The position numbers and the translations under genes are program-made. Below the pieces are notes generated by a model. It made no database searches, was not told where the DNA came from, and worked only from the letters and a program-made list of their open reading frames with translations. Shown piece after piece: positions 24,270 to 36,995 of a stretch of DNA of 64,000 nucleotides (its first letter is position 1; each line of letters opens with the position of its first letter). Origin of the DNA: the human T2T-CHM13v2.0 reference genome, Homo sapiens; NCBI RefSeq assembly GCF_009914755.1, contig NC_060936.1, one strand, 5' to 3'.

Positions 24270-25971
24270 TTAAGAAAAATAAGTTTTTTATTGTAATAAA
24301 CTGTGGCACTTCCTATTCTGAAATAAGATTTGGAGAATTTTATTTGACAAAACTATAATATTATTGTTTTATAAGTCCAAATTTTATAACTTTCCTTCTT
24401 TTTACAATGATTCACAAATACTTATAGGGCAATTTCTTTTTCCTAACACTGAGTAAATGAACAAAATTATTATTTCAAGGCTACAGTATATTATTGCTTA
24501 AGGTTCTCAACTAGTAATATATTAGTATGATAGCACTTGAAAAATACATCATTTCTCAATGTGCAGGTGTCTAACAGAACCCAGAATCTAATGACTACAT
24601 TGCTCATTAATAGTTTAAGGAATAGAATGCTTACCTTTTTTTTTTCTTGTGAAGATTTATGCCGCATTATTCTAACTACTGTTATAAAGTCTCCTGTGTA
24701 AATTAATTTTACCAACTGTTTGCTAGAAAATAATTAATTCAGTAATTTAATTCAAACTAAATTTGTATTGGCTCTTTATTCAATCTGTGGTTATGCAAAT
24801 GTAAACAAATTGGCATGATTCATATTATATATTGAACAACATAATTATAAGTTAACAACATGGCCATGAACAGGTAGCTATTGGGACACAGTGTGTGACT
24901 ATTGGGGCATAGTATGTCTTTTATCATTTTTGGCACTTTATAATCTCAAAACAGCTTTAATTAAATGTAACCAAATAATAATTACCTGTGTATAAATATT
25001 TTTCTTAGAAAAAAGGCAGTGTTTTGTTTTCAGTTTGATAATCTGTGATCATAGAAATCATACATGATTATTTAAAAGAGCACTTTACAATATGTCTCAC
25101 AAGAGAACATTTACTCTGACTTAAATTTCTAAGATAAGCCTCTATAGGAATAACATCTGTTTCTTAAACAAAATTTAATTATCATGGCATTTGCCACACT
25201 GAAGCAAAATTTTTAAAGGAAATTCAAATAAATTCTTTAATTTAAATGTGGATTTAGTTTATCCTTTAGTAAGCTCTGTTAGAATTCCACCACAACTAAT
25301 TGTAGGTAAGCTGAAATTCAATGACATGAAAATTTATTTCTGCACAATGTGCTTGAAATAGAATTTCTATCTTTTCCATTTGAGCACTGAAAAACATTTA
25401 AAGGACTGTGTGTGACATGCGTCTCAAATTATAACCTAATATACAAATTAACCTTTGTAAATGGAAATAAATCAAATATTTACATTTATAAATATATTTG
25501 TTTTTAAATTTCGGTGACATCAAAAAAGCCTGAAGTAGCAGGTGAAAAAATATGAGATTATTAATGTGCATTTGAAAATATAATGTTACATTAATGGAAT
25601 AGAACACATGGTACCAGAAGTCTTACTTTATCTGATTAGTAAAACATGAACTTCAAATTTGATTTTTGTAGAATAGGGCTTTTGATATTTCTATTCTCAT
25701 GCCTTCTTAAATCATAATAAAGTTGTATTGAATCCTTTATATAATACTTAAATTCTACAGTGATTGTATACAAGTATACAAACTCAGACAGACCAAAATC
25801 ACTACCAAAACATCCCCCTTATTAAAAAGAGGTAGCACAGTATTTCTCAGCATATTAAGAGTTATTTGTCACCTACTATTTACAAGAAAATTATTTAGCT
25901 TTTAATGTATCCTGATATCTCTTTTTTAAACTTAAAAACAGTTTTAAAAAATAAGCAAAAGTAGCTGATTC

Positions 25972-26357
<386 letters not shown>

Positions 26358-27629
26358 TAACATTGGAATATAAGCTCCCTGAAAACAGGCATTTTTGTCT
26401 TATTTTTCACTGATTTAAAACCTCTTCATGGCCCTTATCTGATGAGGTGATTATTTCCATACTTGTCCCCCTGATCCATTAGATTCTGCCTTTGTTGAAA
26501 GGGGACCAAGCCTTATGCATCATTAATGTCTTACTTGGGGAGCTTTGTGTATAACAAACACTCAATACAGCTGAAATATGTTTAGCTTTCATTCACTATC
26601 TATTTGAATAATGTAGGCATTATTTTCCCTAATTTGCTGGTAAGGAAACTGAGATTCAGAGATTTTTAACCTGTTTAAAACCACACAACTCTTTTGATTC
26701 CAACGCCTGAGCTCTTTCTACTCCTCTGCATTTCCTTTAGTCTAGACTATTGTAGGCAAGTTTCCTCTCTTCCAGTTTTCTCTATTCTCAGATGTGTTCT
26801 ATCCGAAGCAGTGGTCAGTGGTCCTCTATTGACTGTTATCTCTATTCATGTCATTTCTGTCATCAGTCTATGTTAGCAGCTACCCATTGCCCTTCAAGTA
26901 AATTCTAAATGCTTTAGTGTAGTATTTGAGTCCTTGGAGACCCCATCTACTTTCCAAACTTCTCATCAGCCCCCTTCACATAACAACTTTTAGCCTCACT
27001 TGAATTAGTTGTTGGCACTGTTAGAAGTTCCTTTATAAAATTTTATAAACTGATCACTAGAAAGTTGTTTTCTCACTGAATTTGAGCTAAGTTTCCAGTT
27101 ATTTTTTACTCATTCTATGTTCATATAACACATATTGCTATGTTTCCCTAAACCTTGGCTCTTACTATGTCTTCTGCCTGATGTTCCCTTCCTGGACTTC
27201 ACATAGACAAATCCTAAGCAATGGTAAAGATCTAGATGCTGTCTTTTCCAGAAAGCCTTCCTTGACCCCACTAAGAAGGAGTAATGCTCAGCAGTTTCTC
27301 ATTGTCTCAGGTACTCAGTATATATAAACTGTCTTTTGTAGCAGAGAGCTAAGGCATACTGAGATCAAACTAGGTGAACACAAGAGAAGATCATTTTTCA
27401 TCTTTGTCAGGGAAGGCCAGGAAAGGACATCTCAAGTAGAGAACATTGTCACTCCCTATGATTTACAAATGGAATAGTTCAAGCAGAGAAACTCGTAGAA
27501 TTATAGATTTGTTAAGTACCCAGAAAAGGCTACTTGTTATAGCAAAGAACACACAGATAGTGTCTAGATTCAGATCTTTTCATGGCAGAATGAGTCAGTA
27601 TGGTGATCTCTGGACTTTCTGTGTTTCAG

Positions 27630-27683
27630 GTACCACTGGGGTAACCACTGGCACAACTCTTGCCCCTAGAAGTTTCAACATAG
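27630..27683 (+). CDS. MUC19: MUC19 54-nt exon, family A: (G)TTGVTTGTTLAPRSFNI
   Basis: tttcag|GT...TAG|gtgaga. Confidence 0.85.
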
Positions 27684-27833
27684 GTGAGAACAAGCTGAGT
27701 AGAATTTTCCCATTGGAACTTCTTTCAAGGAGCTATCTCCTCAGGTTTTATTTCTAGGCAAAATTATCATGATAATAATCCAAAATCCTTAATGTCTTCC
27801 CAATTGTGTCTTTCTTCTTTTCCTCATTCTCAG

Positions 27834-27886
27834 AGGCCAGAAGTTCCTAGGAGGAAGCAGAATCTCTGTAGGTGGAATAGCTCCAG
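27834..27886 (+). pseudogene. Dead family-B exon (53 nt, donor GT>CT)
   Basis: Paralog of 30753; 1-nt deletion, ccag|ctcagc. Confidence 0.65.
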
Positions 27887-28338
27887 CTCAGCCTGCTAAG
27901 CCATTATTGCGCTTTTTGATCATCTTTCATTAAGCAGTGTTGCCTGAAATGCAGCCACACTGCTTTATTCCATAAACTAAACCTTTAAAAAAATGCAAAG
28001 CAGTTACTAGATAACAAATGACAAGCTTGAGGAGCCTAAGACTTCCTTCTACCTTAAGGAGCTCATTCAGTGCACTAAGAAGTCAAGTCACTGGCCACTG
28101 GTTATATGTGTACTGAGAAAACTTTCATTTCCAAGCACCGAATCTCAAAGACACTAAAGCGCCTAGAATGTTGTTAGGAAATTTGCTATAAGAAAGAGAT
28201 GCTACATTGGAAACACAGATTAATTCTTGCCATTCGAAAGCTCAAAGAAAGAGCATCCTAATATATTGTAAGAAATACAAATTTTTGAAAAAGCAATTCC
28301 CTAGTCATGGCATGTTGACCACCATTTCTTTATTTCAG

Positions 28339-28392
28339 GAACTTCTGGTGGAATTTCTGGGAAAACCCTCAAACCTGGAAGTTATGTCTCAG
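28339..28392 (+). CDS. MUC19: MUC19 54-nt exon, family C: (G)TSGGISGKTLKPGSYVS
   Basis: tttcag|GA...CAG|gtaagt. Confidence 0.85.
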
Positions 28393-28458
28393 GTAAGTCA
28401 CCACATACCAGGACATCCTGGAGGGAGCCACTTAGGTAATACAGTTGACCCAGCATGC

Positions 28459-28747
<289 letters not shown>

Positions 28748-28788
28748 ATCAGCATGTTCTTACTTTTTCCCTTTCTTTTCTTTCTCAG

Positions 28789-28833
28789 AGGCTACAACTG
28801 CTACAGGGACTCCTGGAGCAGGACCGTCAGGAG
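28789..28833 (+). CDS. MUC19: MUC19 45-nt exon, family D: (E)ATTATGTPGAGPSG
   Basis: ctcag|AG...GAG|gtgagt. Confidence 0.85.
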
Positions 28834-29081
28834 GTGAGTGTTCTCATTCCAAGACTTTGGGTTCTGTTGATTCATTGTTTGGGATTGCAGCTTAAAACAG
28901 AAGAATACGAAGGTTGAGGACACATTTTACACAAGGCCAAGTCAAATTGTGAATCCCTCTGGAACTGCCATTTTCATGACCCTCCAACAAGTGTGCCTGA
29001 GTCCTGGCTTTCAGAACTAGTTCTCTGAAGTCAGGAATGAGACCGTCATTGCTTTAAAGTTCACAGAATTTTTTTTCACAG

Positions 29082-29135
29082 GCACCACTATCAGTTCTCC
29101 TGAAGTCAGTACCATTTCAGAAGTTTCCAACACAG
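29082..29135 (+). CDS. MUC19: MUC19 54-nt exon, family E: (G)TTISSPEVSTISEVSNT
   Basis: cacag|GC...CAG|gtaaaa. Confidence 0.8.
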
Positions 29136-29301
29136 GTAAAATTCCATAAAGAAAATGTAAGCTGGCTCTTACTCCTATGTGAGTTTTGTGCATGTGTATG
29201 TGTGTGCATGGGAATGGTTTAAGGATGACATGAAATCAACCACAAAAGTATCACAGAGACATTTCTAAAGAACTTTATATTTCATTTTTCTCCCTCTGTA
29301 G

Positions 29302-29344
29302 TCATCCCTGGTACACCAGGGAGACATAACAGGAATTGAAACAG
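29302..29344 (+). pseudogene. Degenerate family-F exon (43 nt, frameshifted, GC donor)
   Basis: Paralog of 45-nt exon 50890. Confidence 0.5.
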
Positions 29345-29559
29345 GCAGGCATGAAATGAGCCTCCATCCCTCTGTCAGCAGGCTAGAATGTAGGGGTGTT
29401 CACTGGCAAGTCGCCTGCGAATAAATGAGCCAAGGAAATGAAATGAGAGAAGGACACTCCTAATTTAGCATTTGCACCATTTATAACATTAAGTCCTGAG
29501 AAAGGCCCTTTTAGTTGCTTCCATGATGAATTTGCTAAATTTGCTTTTTCTTGTTTTAG

Positions 29560-29613
29560 GTATCACTGGAGTAGGCTCTGAGACATCTATTGAAACAGGA
29601 ATTTCCAACACAG
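29560..29613 (+). CDS. MUC19: MUC19 54-nt exon, family G: (G)ITGVGSETSIETGISNT
   Basis: ttttag|GT...CAG|gtaaag. Confidence 0.85.
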
Positions 29614-29753
29614 GTAAAGTTGAAAGAAAACCGTCTCTATGGACACACAGATGAAATGATGTTTTTTTGTAGAGTTGTTCTGATGAATAACACAAAATCT
29701 GTCTTCTCACTAGTGCAACTCCCCAGAATTTACAATTCCATATCCTGTCTCAA

Positions 29754-29807
29754 AGGCTACAATTTCTGCAGAACACGTTGGCACCACTGAAGCTTCATTC
29801 ACAATAG
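29754..29807 (+). pseudogene. Dead family-H exon (54 nt, frame open, AG>AA and GT>GG)
   Basis: tctcaa|AGGCTACAATT...ATAG|gggaga. Confidence 0.65.
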
Positions 29808-30246
29808 GGGAGAAGGAGCAACTCATGTCTTTGTTGTTTTCAGATTTTGACACTCATAGCGAGACTAGAGAGAGGAGGATTCTGGAGAGCAGTTTGTATT
29901 TACTTTACTAATACTACATTTTTGGCCAACAAATTCTTTATCAGTTTAGACATTTTTCCAGAAAAGCTACTAATTACAGATTGCAGAATCATACTTCTAA
30001 TCCTGGAAGACAGGATGATTATACTGATTGTTCTAAGTAACTTCTGCTGTGAAATTACAAACATTAGAAGCTTTTAAAACAGGAGGGGGTGATAAAACTT
30101 GCTGAGAAACACAGAGGAGCTACAAGAACCCAGGAAACACACCTGCCCTGTGTCAATGCTTCCTTTTCACAAATGAAGAGCTAAATATTTTCACAATGTC
30201 TGGAGTTCTCAGCACACTCATGGCATTCTCAGCAACCACCCCACAG

Positions 30247-30294
30247 CAGGCACCACTCTTGCATCTGACAGCCAAGACACAGGGAGGAGAACAG
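30247..30294 (+). CDS. MUC19: MUC19 48-nt exon, family I: (A)GTTLASDSQDTGRRT
   Basis: cacag|CAG (NAGNAG)...CAG|gtgagc; weak pyrimidine tract. Confidence 0.5.
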
Positions 30295-30547
30295 GTGAGC
30301 ATGGGAGAAACCCACATTGTCCTCCTGACTGAGAATACCAGGAAGATTATCACAGGTTGAGAACATTGTCACTTTGGTTGCTTTGGTAATCAAACGGTTA
30401 ATGAGAAAATACATAGGGCTCATCATCAGGGAAGAGCTAGGGAAAATGCTAGTTAGATATAAGTTAGATTTAGATTCTTTCTAGAGGCAGGTCCATAGGA
30501 AAGAAAGATTAATCACCATGGTGATCCCAGTCCTCTTGGTGTTTCAG

Positions 30548-30601
30548 CTACGACTGTGGTGGCTCCTGGCACAACCCTTGCCCCTGGCAGTTCCAGTACA
30601 G
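30548..30601 (+). CDS. MUC19: MUC19 54-nt exon A: (A)TTVVAPGTTLAPGSSST
   Basis: tttcag|CT...CAG|gtgagt. Confidence 0.85.
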
Positions 30602-30752
30602 GTGAGTCTGCAGGTTGGTAGGGAAGTCTTCAGAGCTCCTCCCATAATTTGATATCTTCTCTGGTGCTTGTCTTTTTAAGAGTAATATCTTATTCATTTC
30701 ATAGTGATTGAATATTTTTCAAATATGTCTTTTCTGTTTTTCTGTCTCTCAG

Positions 30753-30806
30753 AGGCCACAACTTCCATAGGAGGAAGTGCATCAACAAGAGGAGGAATAG
30801 CCACAG
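30753..30806 (+). CDS. MUC19: MUC19 54-nt exon B: (E)ATTSIGGSASTRGGIAT
   Basis: ctcag|AG...CAG|gtgagc. Confidence 0.85.
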
Positions 30807-31263
30807 GTGAGCATTGCTGGGTCATTGCACTCATTTGCCAATAATATCCAATAAAGACTGTGGTGCGAAATGAATCCATGTGACTGGATTCTCCCATATT
30901 GAGTACTGATCGAGAACATATTACCGTTGTTCATTGATGAAAGATCGGAAACTCAAATTTCATTCTTATTTCCTGTGCTGTAAGCAGATTCTCCTTCCAC
31001 ACCCAAGGCAGTCGTACAGTCATTTGATTGACAGTTATATAAATGATCTAGAGATAGCCCCCATTTCCCTGTTCCAGAACACTAGAAAAAAAAAAAGTAT
31101 CGATAAGTGAAAATGTCTTTGGTAGATATACTGTGGGAAGGATATTATATGAGAAATATACAGATGTCATTTTAGCATTTAAAACCCAGTTTACTGACAT
31201 ATTGAATAAGTATATAGATTTTATCAATTTATTTGCTTGTTGCCCATTACCCACTTTCTTAAG

Positions 31264-31315
31264 ACCACTGGGGCATTCTCTAGAAAGACTCTGGAACTTG
31301 GGAATGACAAGACAG
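31264..31315 (+). pseudogene. Degenerate family-C exon (52 nt, damaged acceptor and donor)
   Basis: Paralog of 40630; cttaag|accact...acag|gctatt. Confidence 0.6.
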
Positions 31316-31436
31316 GCTATTCCAAAAGCACACAGGGAATACTACACCTTGGCTGCTCAGGTGACAGGCTCCTAGGGCTACGTAACCCTGTATGTATTCA
31401 TACTGCAGTCTTTATTCTTGTTTTCTTTTCTCTCAG

Positions 31437-31490
31437 AAGCCACAGGTTCCACAAGAGGGGTCAGGACCACTGGATCAGAAGCTCCAGAAG
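31437..31490 (+). CDS. MUC19: MUC19 54-nt exon D: (E)ATGSTRGVRTTGSEAPE
   Basis: ctcag|AA...AAG|gtaagc. Confidence 0.85.
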
Positions 31491-31665
31491 GTAAGCTTCA
31501 TCAGTCCCCAGGCTTCAGAGTTCTCATCTTTGCCCTGTTGTGGGATACTGAGGTAAACACATAAATGAGAATGAGGGCCAAGGAAAGACAGTTACTTTTT
31601 ATCTGGAAGCACAACATGTATTCTGATCTTCTGAGTTATTCTGCTAAAGAATTTCAGAAACTGGG

Positions 31666-32046
31666 TGTATTAGTTTGTTCTCACGTTGCTTTAAGGAACT
31701 ACCTGAGACTAGGTAGTTTATAAAGCAAACGAGTTTAATGATGGACAGTTCTGCAGGCTGTATGGAGGCATGGCTGGGAAGGCCTCAGGAAACTTACAAT
31801 CATGGTGGAAGGTGAAGGGGAAGCAAGTACATCTTTACTTGGTGACAGTAGAGAAAGACAGAGTGAAAGAGGAAGTGCTACACACTTTTAAAGAAGCAGT
31901 TCTCGTGAGAACTCACTATCACAAGAACAGCAAAGGGGAAATCCAGCCTCTATGATCCAATCAGCTCCAAACAGGTTCCTCCCCCAACACTGGGGATTAT
32001 AATTCAACATGAGATATGAGTGGGGACTGAGAGTCAAACCTTATCA
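31666..32046 (-). mobile_element. MaLR solo LTR (MSTA-like)
   Basis: tgtattagt...aaaccttatca; 5-bp TSD ctggg/ctcgg; empty site in paralogs. Confidence 0.88.
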
Positions 32047-32399
32047 CTCGGTTATCTAAGTCAGGCATTGCTCCATTTCCTGTGTGACAATTTTAGTACT
32101 CTGGACACCTGGCTGAGGCCCACTGACTTGCAGCAGCCTCCGCAGAACCCCCAATTCTTCCATTCTGCTCCTCATGATTCCACAAAGTACTATAACCTGC
32201 TGACATCTATTGAACATATTTATTATACTTGTTTATTTTCTGTGATCCCTCTCCCACAAATGGAAACCTCACAAAGCAGAGACCGTTGTCTGTTCTTTTC
32301 ACTGAGAAGAGAATGTCAGGTACAAAGGATTGCTTACGGAATATAAGATGAGTAACAAGTATGTACTTATTTTGAGTGTCACTCTGTTTACTTCAACAA

Positions 32400-32453
32400 C
32401 TACCACCACGGTTTCACCTGGTGCCAGCAGCGGTTCACAGGGTCCCAAGCCAG
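32400..32453 (+). pseudogene. Dead family-E exon (54 nt, acceptor AG>AA)
   Basis: caacaa|CTACCACC...CAG|gtagga; intact paralog at 47260. Confidence 0.65.
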
Positions 32454-32871
32454 GTAGGATGAACTACTTAAAATCACCAGTGGGAGGTATAAATATCTCA
32501 TAGAAGTATATTATTATACATCTGATTATCACAATATTATCAGTTACACAAACGAGAACATTTAGAATGTTCAAGACATTTTTCCTCCTCCAGGAACACC
32601 AGGAAACTACATCACTGAAAGTGAAGTTAGTAAAGTGAATTTAAGCATCTTTCCTTTTTTAACTGAATTTAAGCTATTACTGTCTTTGAATAGGCTGCAG
32701 GGGAAAGGATAATCCATAGCAAATCATCTGTCAATAGTTGGGGGAAAGTTATTCATTGTTAATTTCCTTTGGAAACCAGAGTTCTTAGGAAAGGTCTTCT
32801 AGTGGTTCAGGAACACATTGATGATTCCAGTATTATTTGTCCTATTAGCTCCTTTATTTTTCTCATTTTAG

Positions 32872-32925
32872 GTACTTCTGGAGAATTCTCTGGGACAACC
32901 ATTTCATCTGGAGGCTTCCACACAG
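32872..32925 (+). CDS. MUC19: MUC19 54-nt exon G: (G)TSGEFSGTTISSGGFHT
   Basis: ttttag|GT...CAG|gtagtt. Confidence 0.8.
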
Positions 32926-33059
32926 GTAGTTGAATGAGAACGAGTTCCTCATCTGGAATGCATGATAACTTTGCAGAGCTGCAATAATAAACTAGCACTG
33001 TGATACTTTTCCCCAGTATCTCAGATTCCCCAGACCTCTTTATTCTCCTCTTTTCTCAG

Positions 33060-33113
33060 AAGCCACAACTCTCACAGGAGGTAGGGGCAGTATTGGAACT
33101 GAATCCAGAGCAG
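33060..33113 (+). CDS. MUC19: MUC19 54-nt exon H: (E)ATTLTGGRGSIGTESRA
   Basis: ctcag|AA...CAG|gtgagg. Confidence 0.85.
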
Positions 33114-33785
33114 GTGAGGTGGAGCAGCTCATGATTTGGGATTTACCGTGAATCATGACTCTCATTAGCATGACTTGTTTGGAAGCGGGCTTTCCTACAG
33201 AATATTTTGCATTTATTTCTGGACAATGCATCTTAGAACAAATAGTTCTGCCTTTAAATTAAATATTTTCCCCAAAATTTACCAATATCATCTTAGAAGT
33301 GAGATGGCTCTTGTAATTGTTCTGAGAAATTTCTCCTGTAATGTTATATATAAGTATGGCTAGGATATTAGTAGGAGCAAAAAACATTTGTGATCCAGGG
33401 AAGGAGAGATAATGTAAATGAATCCTAGAAATACGTGTATAGAGGTTTCCATGCCCTAAAACCAATACAATTATTAGTGCTTTCTTGATGTCTCAAATTG
33501 CCAGCAAACTTAATTTTTTATGTTTCATCCCTGGCAGTAAATTGGTGAGTATGGAAAATTGTGTGTCTCCCTCTCATGGAATGTATATTGCTTCAAGCTG
33601 AGGAAGTGGCCCCTCTGATTGCATTGAGAATTAAATGGTTTTACAGGTTGACAGGGAACTCTTCAGAGCTCCTCTCATAATTAGATATTTCTTTTGGTGT
33701 TATTGTTTATGAGAGTAATGTCATATCTGTTTCATGGCCTTTGAATATTTTCCAAATATGTTTTTTCTGTTTTTCTGTCTCTCAG

Positions 33786-33839
33786 AGTCCACAACTTCCC
33801 TACCACAAAGTGCAAAAACAAGAGGTGGAATACTGACAG
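33786..33839 (+). CDS. MUC19: MUC19 54-nt exon B: (E)STTSLPQSAKTRGGILT
   Basis: ctcag|AG...CAG|gtgagc. Confidence 0.85.
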
Positions 33840-34333
33840 GTGAGCATTGCTGGGTCATTGCACTCACCTGGTAATAATATTCAATAAAGCCTGTGGTTTG
33901 AAAAGTATCCATACTCTCATTTCTCCCATATTAACATTGTTAGGAAAGTTCCTACCATTTTTCACTGACTAAATATAGAATCTCAAATTTCATTCTTATT
34001 TTTTGTGGTTGAACAGACTCTTCTATTGCCCCCCAAGGAAAACATGCAGCCATTTGACTGACAGTTACATAGAAAATCTAGAGTTAGCTTCTATTTTCCT
34101 ATTCATGAAATATTGAGAAAAGGAAGCCTAATAAGTTAAAAAAAATTGGGCAAATATACCATGGGAAGAATATTATTTGAGAAGTGTAGAGATTAGCTTT
34201 TGACATTTAAAGGCCAATTTATTGAAATAATAAATAAGTATACAGCCTGTGTCTATTTATTTGCTTAATACTCATTTCCCACTTCATGGTAATGAGGTAA
34301 TGACCCACCACTGCCCCATCCCTTTCTTAATAG

Positions 34334-34387
34334 CTAGCAGTGGGGCATTCTCTGGGAAGACTCTGGAACCTGGGATTGACAACACAG
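34334..34387 (+). CDS. MUC19: MUC19 54-nt exon C, GC donor: (A)SSGAFSGKTLEPGIDNT
   Basis: taatag|CT...CAG|gcaagt. Confidence 0.7.
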
Positions 34388-34507
34388 GCAAGTCAAAAAG
34401 CACACAGAGAATGCTACACCATGGCTGCTCAGATGGCAGTCTCCTAGGGCAACATAACCCTGTACTCCCCATACTGCAGACTTCATGCTTGCTTTCTTTT
34501 CTCTCAG

Positions 34508-34561
34508 AGGCCACAAGTTCCACAGGAAGGATCAGGGCGACCGGATCAGAAGCTCCAGGAG
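34508..34561 (+). CDS. MUC19: MUC19 54-nt exon D: (E)ATSSTGRIRATGSEAPG
   Basis: ctcag|AG...GAG|gtaagg. Confidence 0.85.
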
Positions 34562-35514
34562 GTAAGGTTCACCAGTCCCAGACCTCAGGGTTCTCCTCAT
34601 TTCCCTGTTATGCTGAGGTGAACACATAAGTGAGAATGGGGGCAAAGGAAAGGGGGTTACTTCTTGCCTGGAAGCACAACATGTATTCTGACCATCCTGA
34701 GTAGTCCTGCTAAGGAATTTCTGCCACTTGGCCATCTAAGTTAGGCATTGCTCCATGGCCTGTGTGACAGTGTTAGTTCTCTGGACACCTGGCTGAGGCC
34801 CACTGACCTGCAGGAGCTTCCCCAGAACCCTGATTCTCCCCACTCAGGTCATCATGATTCCACAAAGCACTATCACCTGTTGCCATCTCTCTAACATGTT
34901 TATTACACTTCTTGCATATTTTCTATTTCCTCTCTCACAAACACAAATCTCACAAGGCAGTTACTTTGTTCTTTTCACTGAGAGGATTATGTCAGGCACA
35001 GAGGAAATGCTTACAAAATATAACATGAGTGACAGTCATATTCTTATGTAGAGTGTCACTGTTTACTTCACAGTTTCACTTGGTGTCAGCAGCAGTTTAT
35101 TGGGTCTGAAGACGGTCAAGGAGGCTACTTAAAACACCATGGAAATGTAAAAATATCGACATGAGTGTATTCTTAAATACCTGATTATCACACTACCACC
35201 AATTACAAAAATAAGAACATTGGAAATATAAAAATGTTTCCTCCTTTTTCCCTCTGGAATGGCAGGGAGCCACATCACTGAAACTGAAATCAGTAAAGTG
35301 AAATTAAGCTTCCTTCTTTTTTTTTTTTTTTTTTTGCTAGGGTACAATGGAAGGAATAGTCAGTATGAGAACATTAAACAATAAGTTCACAAAAAATTAC
35401 GGTGTACACTTTTTCTAAAACAGAAGTTGTCAAGAAAATTCTTCCAATGGTTCAGGACCACAGTGCTGAATCCAGTACTGCTTGCTCTGTTAGCTCTTTA
35501 TATTCTCGTTTTAG

Positions 35515-35568
35515 GTACCTCCGGTAAATTCTCTGGGACAACCATTTCATCTGGAGGTTCCCACACAG
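35515..35568 (+). CDS. MUC19: MUC19 54-nt exon G: (G)TSGKFSGTTISSGGSHT
   Basis: ttttag|GT...CAG|gtagtt. Confidence 0.8.
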
Positions 35569-35706
35569 GTAGTTCAATGAGAAGGAAATTTCCATTTTGC
35601 ATGAATGATAACTTTGTAGAGCCGCAATCATAAAATAGCGCCTCAATATTTTTTACTCATATCTCAAATTCCCCAGACCTCATGATTTTCCTCTTTCTTT
35701 CCTCAG

Positions 35707-35760
35707 AGGCCACAACTCTCGCAGGTGGCAGGGACAGCACTGAAAGTGAATTCAGAACAG
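35707..35760 (+). CDS. MUC19: MUC19 54-nt exon H: (E)ATTLAGGRDSTESEFRT
   Basis: ctcag|AG...CAG|gtgagg. Confidence 0.85.
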
Positions 35761-36146
35761 GTGAGGAAGAGCAGCCCATAATTTGGGAGTTACCATAAAT
35801 CATGTCTCTCATTAGGAAGACTTGCTTAGAAGTAGGATTTCCTACAGAATATTAAATATGGATTTACAGACAATGTAACTGCGGTCAAATATATTTTTTC
35901 ACTTAATATTTCCCTATAAATATCCTAAAATCCTCTTTTGAAATGGGTTGACTCTTCTAGATGAGGTGTAAATGGGATGTAATTGTTTTGAGAAATTTCC
36001 ATATAATATTATATATAAATATTTCCAGTGTAATAGTAGAAGTTAAAAAGTTTTGATCCCAGGAAGTACAGATAACACAAATGAACTTTAAAAACATGCC
36101 TGCATAGATATTTCCTTGGCCCCAAAGCAAGAGAAATAATTATAGT

Positions 36147-36187
36147 ATTAGGTCAACGGGGCAATGATTTTGCCCCGTTGACCTAAT
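36147..36187. repeat. Perfect 18-bp inverted repeat with 5-nt loop
   Basis: attaggtcaacggggcaa-tgatt-ttgccccgttgacctaat. Confidence 0.95.
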
Positions 36188-36445
36188 GTGGAGCAATTAG
36201 GAGTAATTAGTTCTGGTGTTTTGTAGCAATGAGGTGCCTATGGTAAACAATGTTATGGTGTACATTCAAATGTTCTTGATAAGAAGATTCTGAATGTTCT
36301 ACCCACAAAGCAATGATAAGTGAGATGATGGATAAGCTAAATATCATGACTTGATTATTACAAAATATATACATATATCAAAACCTCCCATATAACCTCC
36401 AGAAATATGTATACTTATATGAAAATTAAAAAGAAAAGTAAAAAT
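36150..36445 (+). mobile_element. L1MA-type 3' UTR fragment with A-rich tail
   Basis: caaagcaatgataagtgagatgatggataagctaaatatcatgacttgattattaca motif; paralog at 48318-48945. Confidence 0.7.
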
Positions 36446-36739
36446 AGATCAAATTATCATGAAATAAATAATTTTTTGTCTTCTACCCCTGGCAGTGTAA
36501 CTGGTAAGTATGGGAGAAAACCACCTGTTTTGCTGTCATGGAATGTCAGGTGTAATCCTGAAATTTTGCCCCTTTGACTCCATTGGTAGTTTATTAACGA
36601 ATGGGAAAACACATCCGAGTGGCAGCCAGAGAAAGTGGCCTTTGACATCTTAAAGATGTAAACAGATTCCTTCTAGAGGCAGGTCTTCAGGAGACAAACA
36701 GGAGTCACTGTGGTGATGCCAGTTTCCCTTGTGTTTCAG

Positions 36740-36793
36740 CCACCATTGGAGTAGTTCCTGCTACAACTGTTGCTCCTGGCAGTTCCAAGACAG
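36740..36793 (+). CDS. MUC19: MUC19 54-nt exon A: (A)TIGVVPATTVAPGSSKT
   Basis: tttcag|CC...CAG|gtaagt. Confidence 0.85.
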
Positions 36794-36941
36794 GTAAGTC
36801 AACAGATTGACATGGAATCTTCCACGTGCCCTCCCATAATTAGATATCTCCTTTGTATTATTTTTTGCAGGAGTAGCACCATATCTTCTCCACAATCCTT
36901 AAATATTCTCCAGGTAACTCTTATCTCTTTGTTTCCCTTAG

Positions 36942-36995
36942 AGGCCACCACTTTCCTAGGAGTAAGTGGAACAACAAGTGTTGGAAGAGCCACGG
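36942..36995 (+). CDS. MUC19: MUC19 54-nt exon B: (E)ATTFLGVSGTTSVGRAT
   Basis: cttag|AG...CGG|gtgagt. Confidence 0.8.

Noticed and set aside
32594-32629. Possible 36-nt family-F remnant exon (GTPGNYITESEV)
   Set aside because: Weak donor (TTA|gtaaag), and the equivalent sites near 35260, 41550, 44500 and 47455 have lost the acceptor. Not enough support to call.
35060-35120. Family-E exon in the 33.6-kb module
   Set aside because: 5' part deleted and donor degraded; only a remnant, boundaries not definable.
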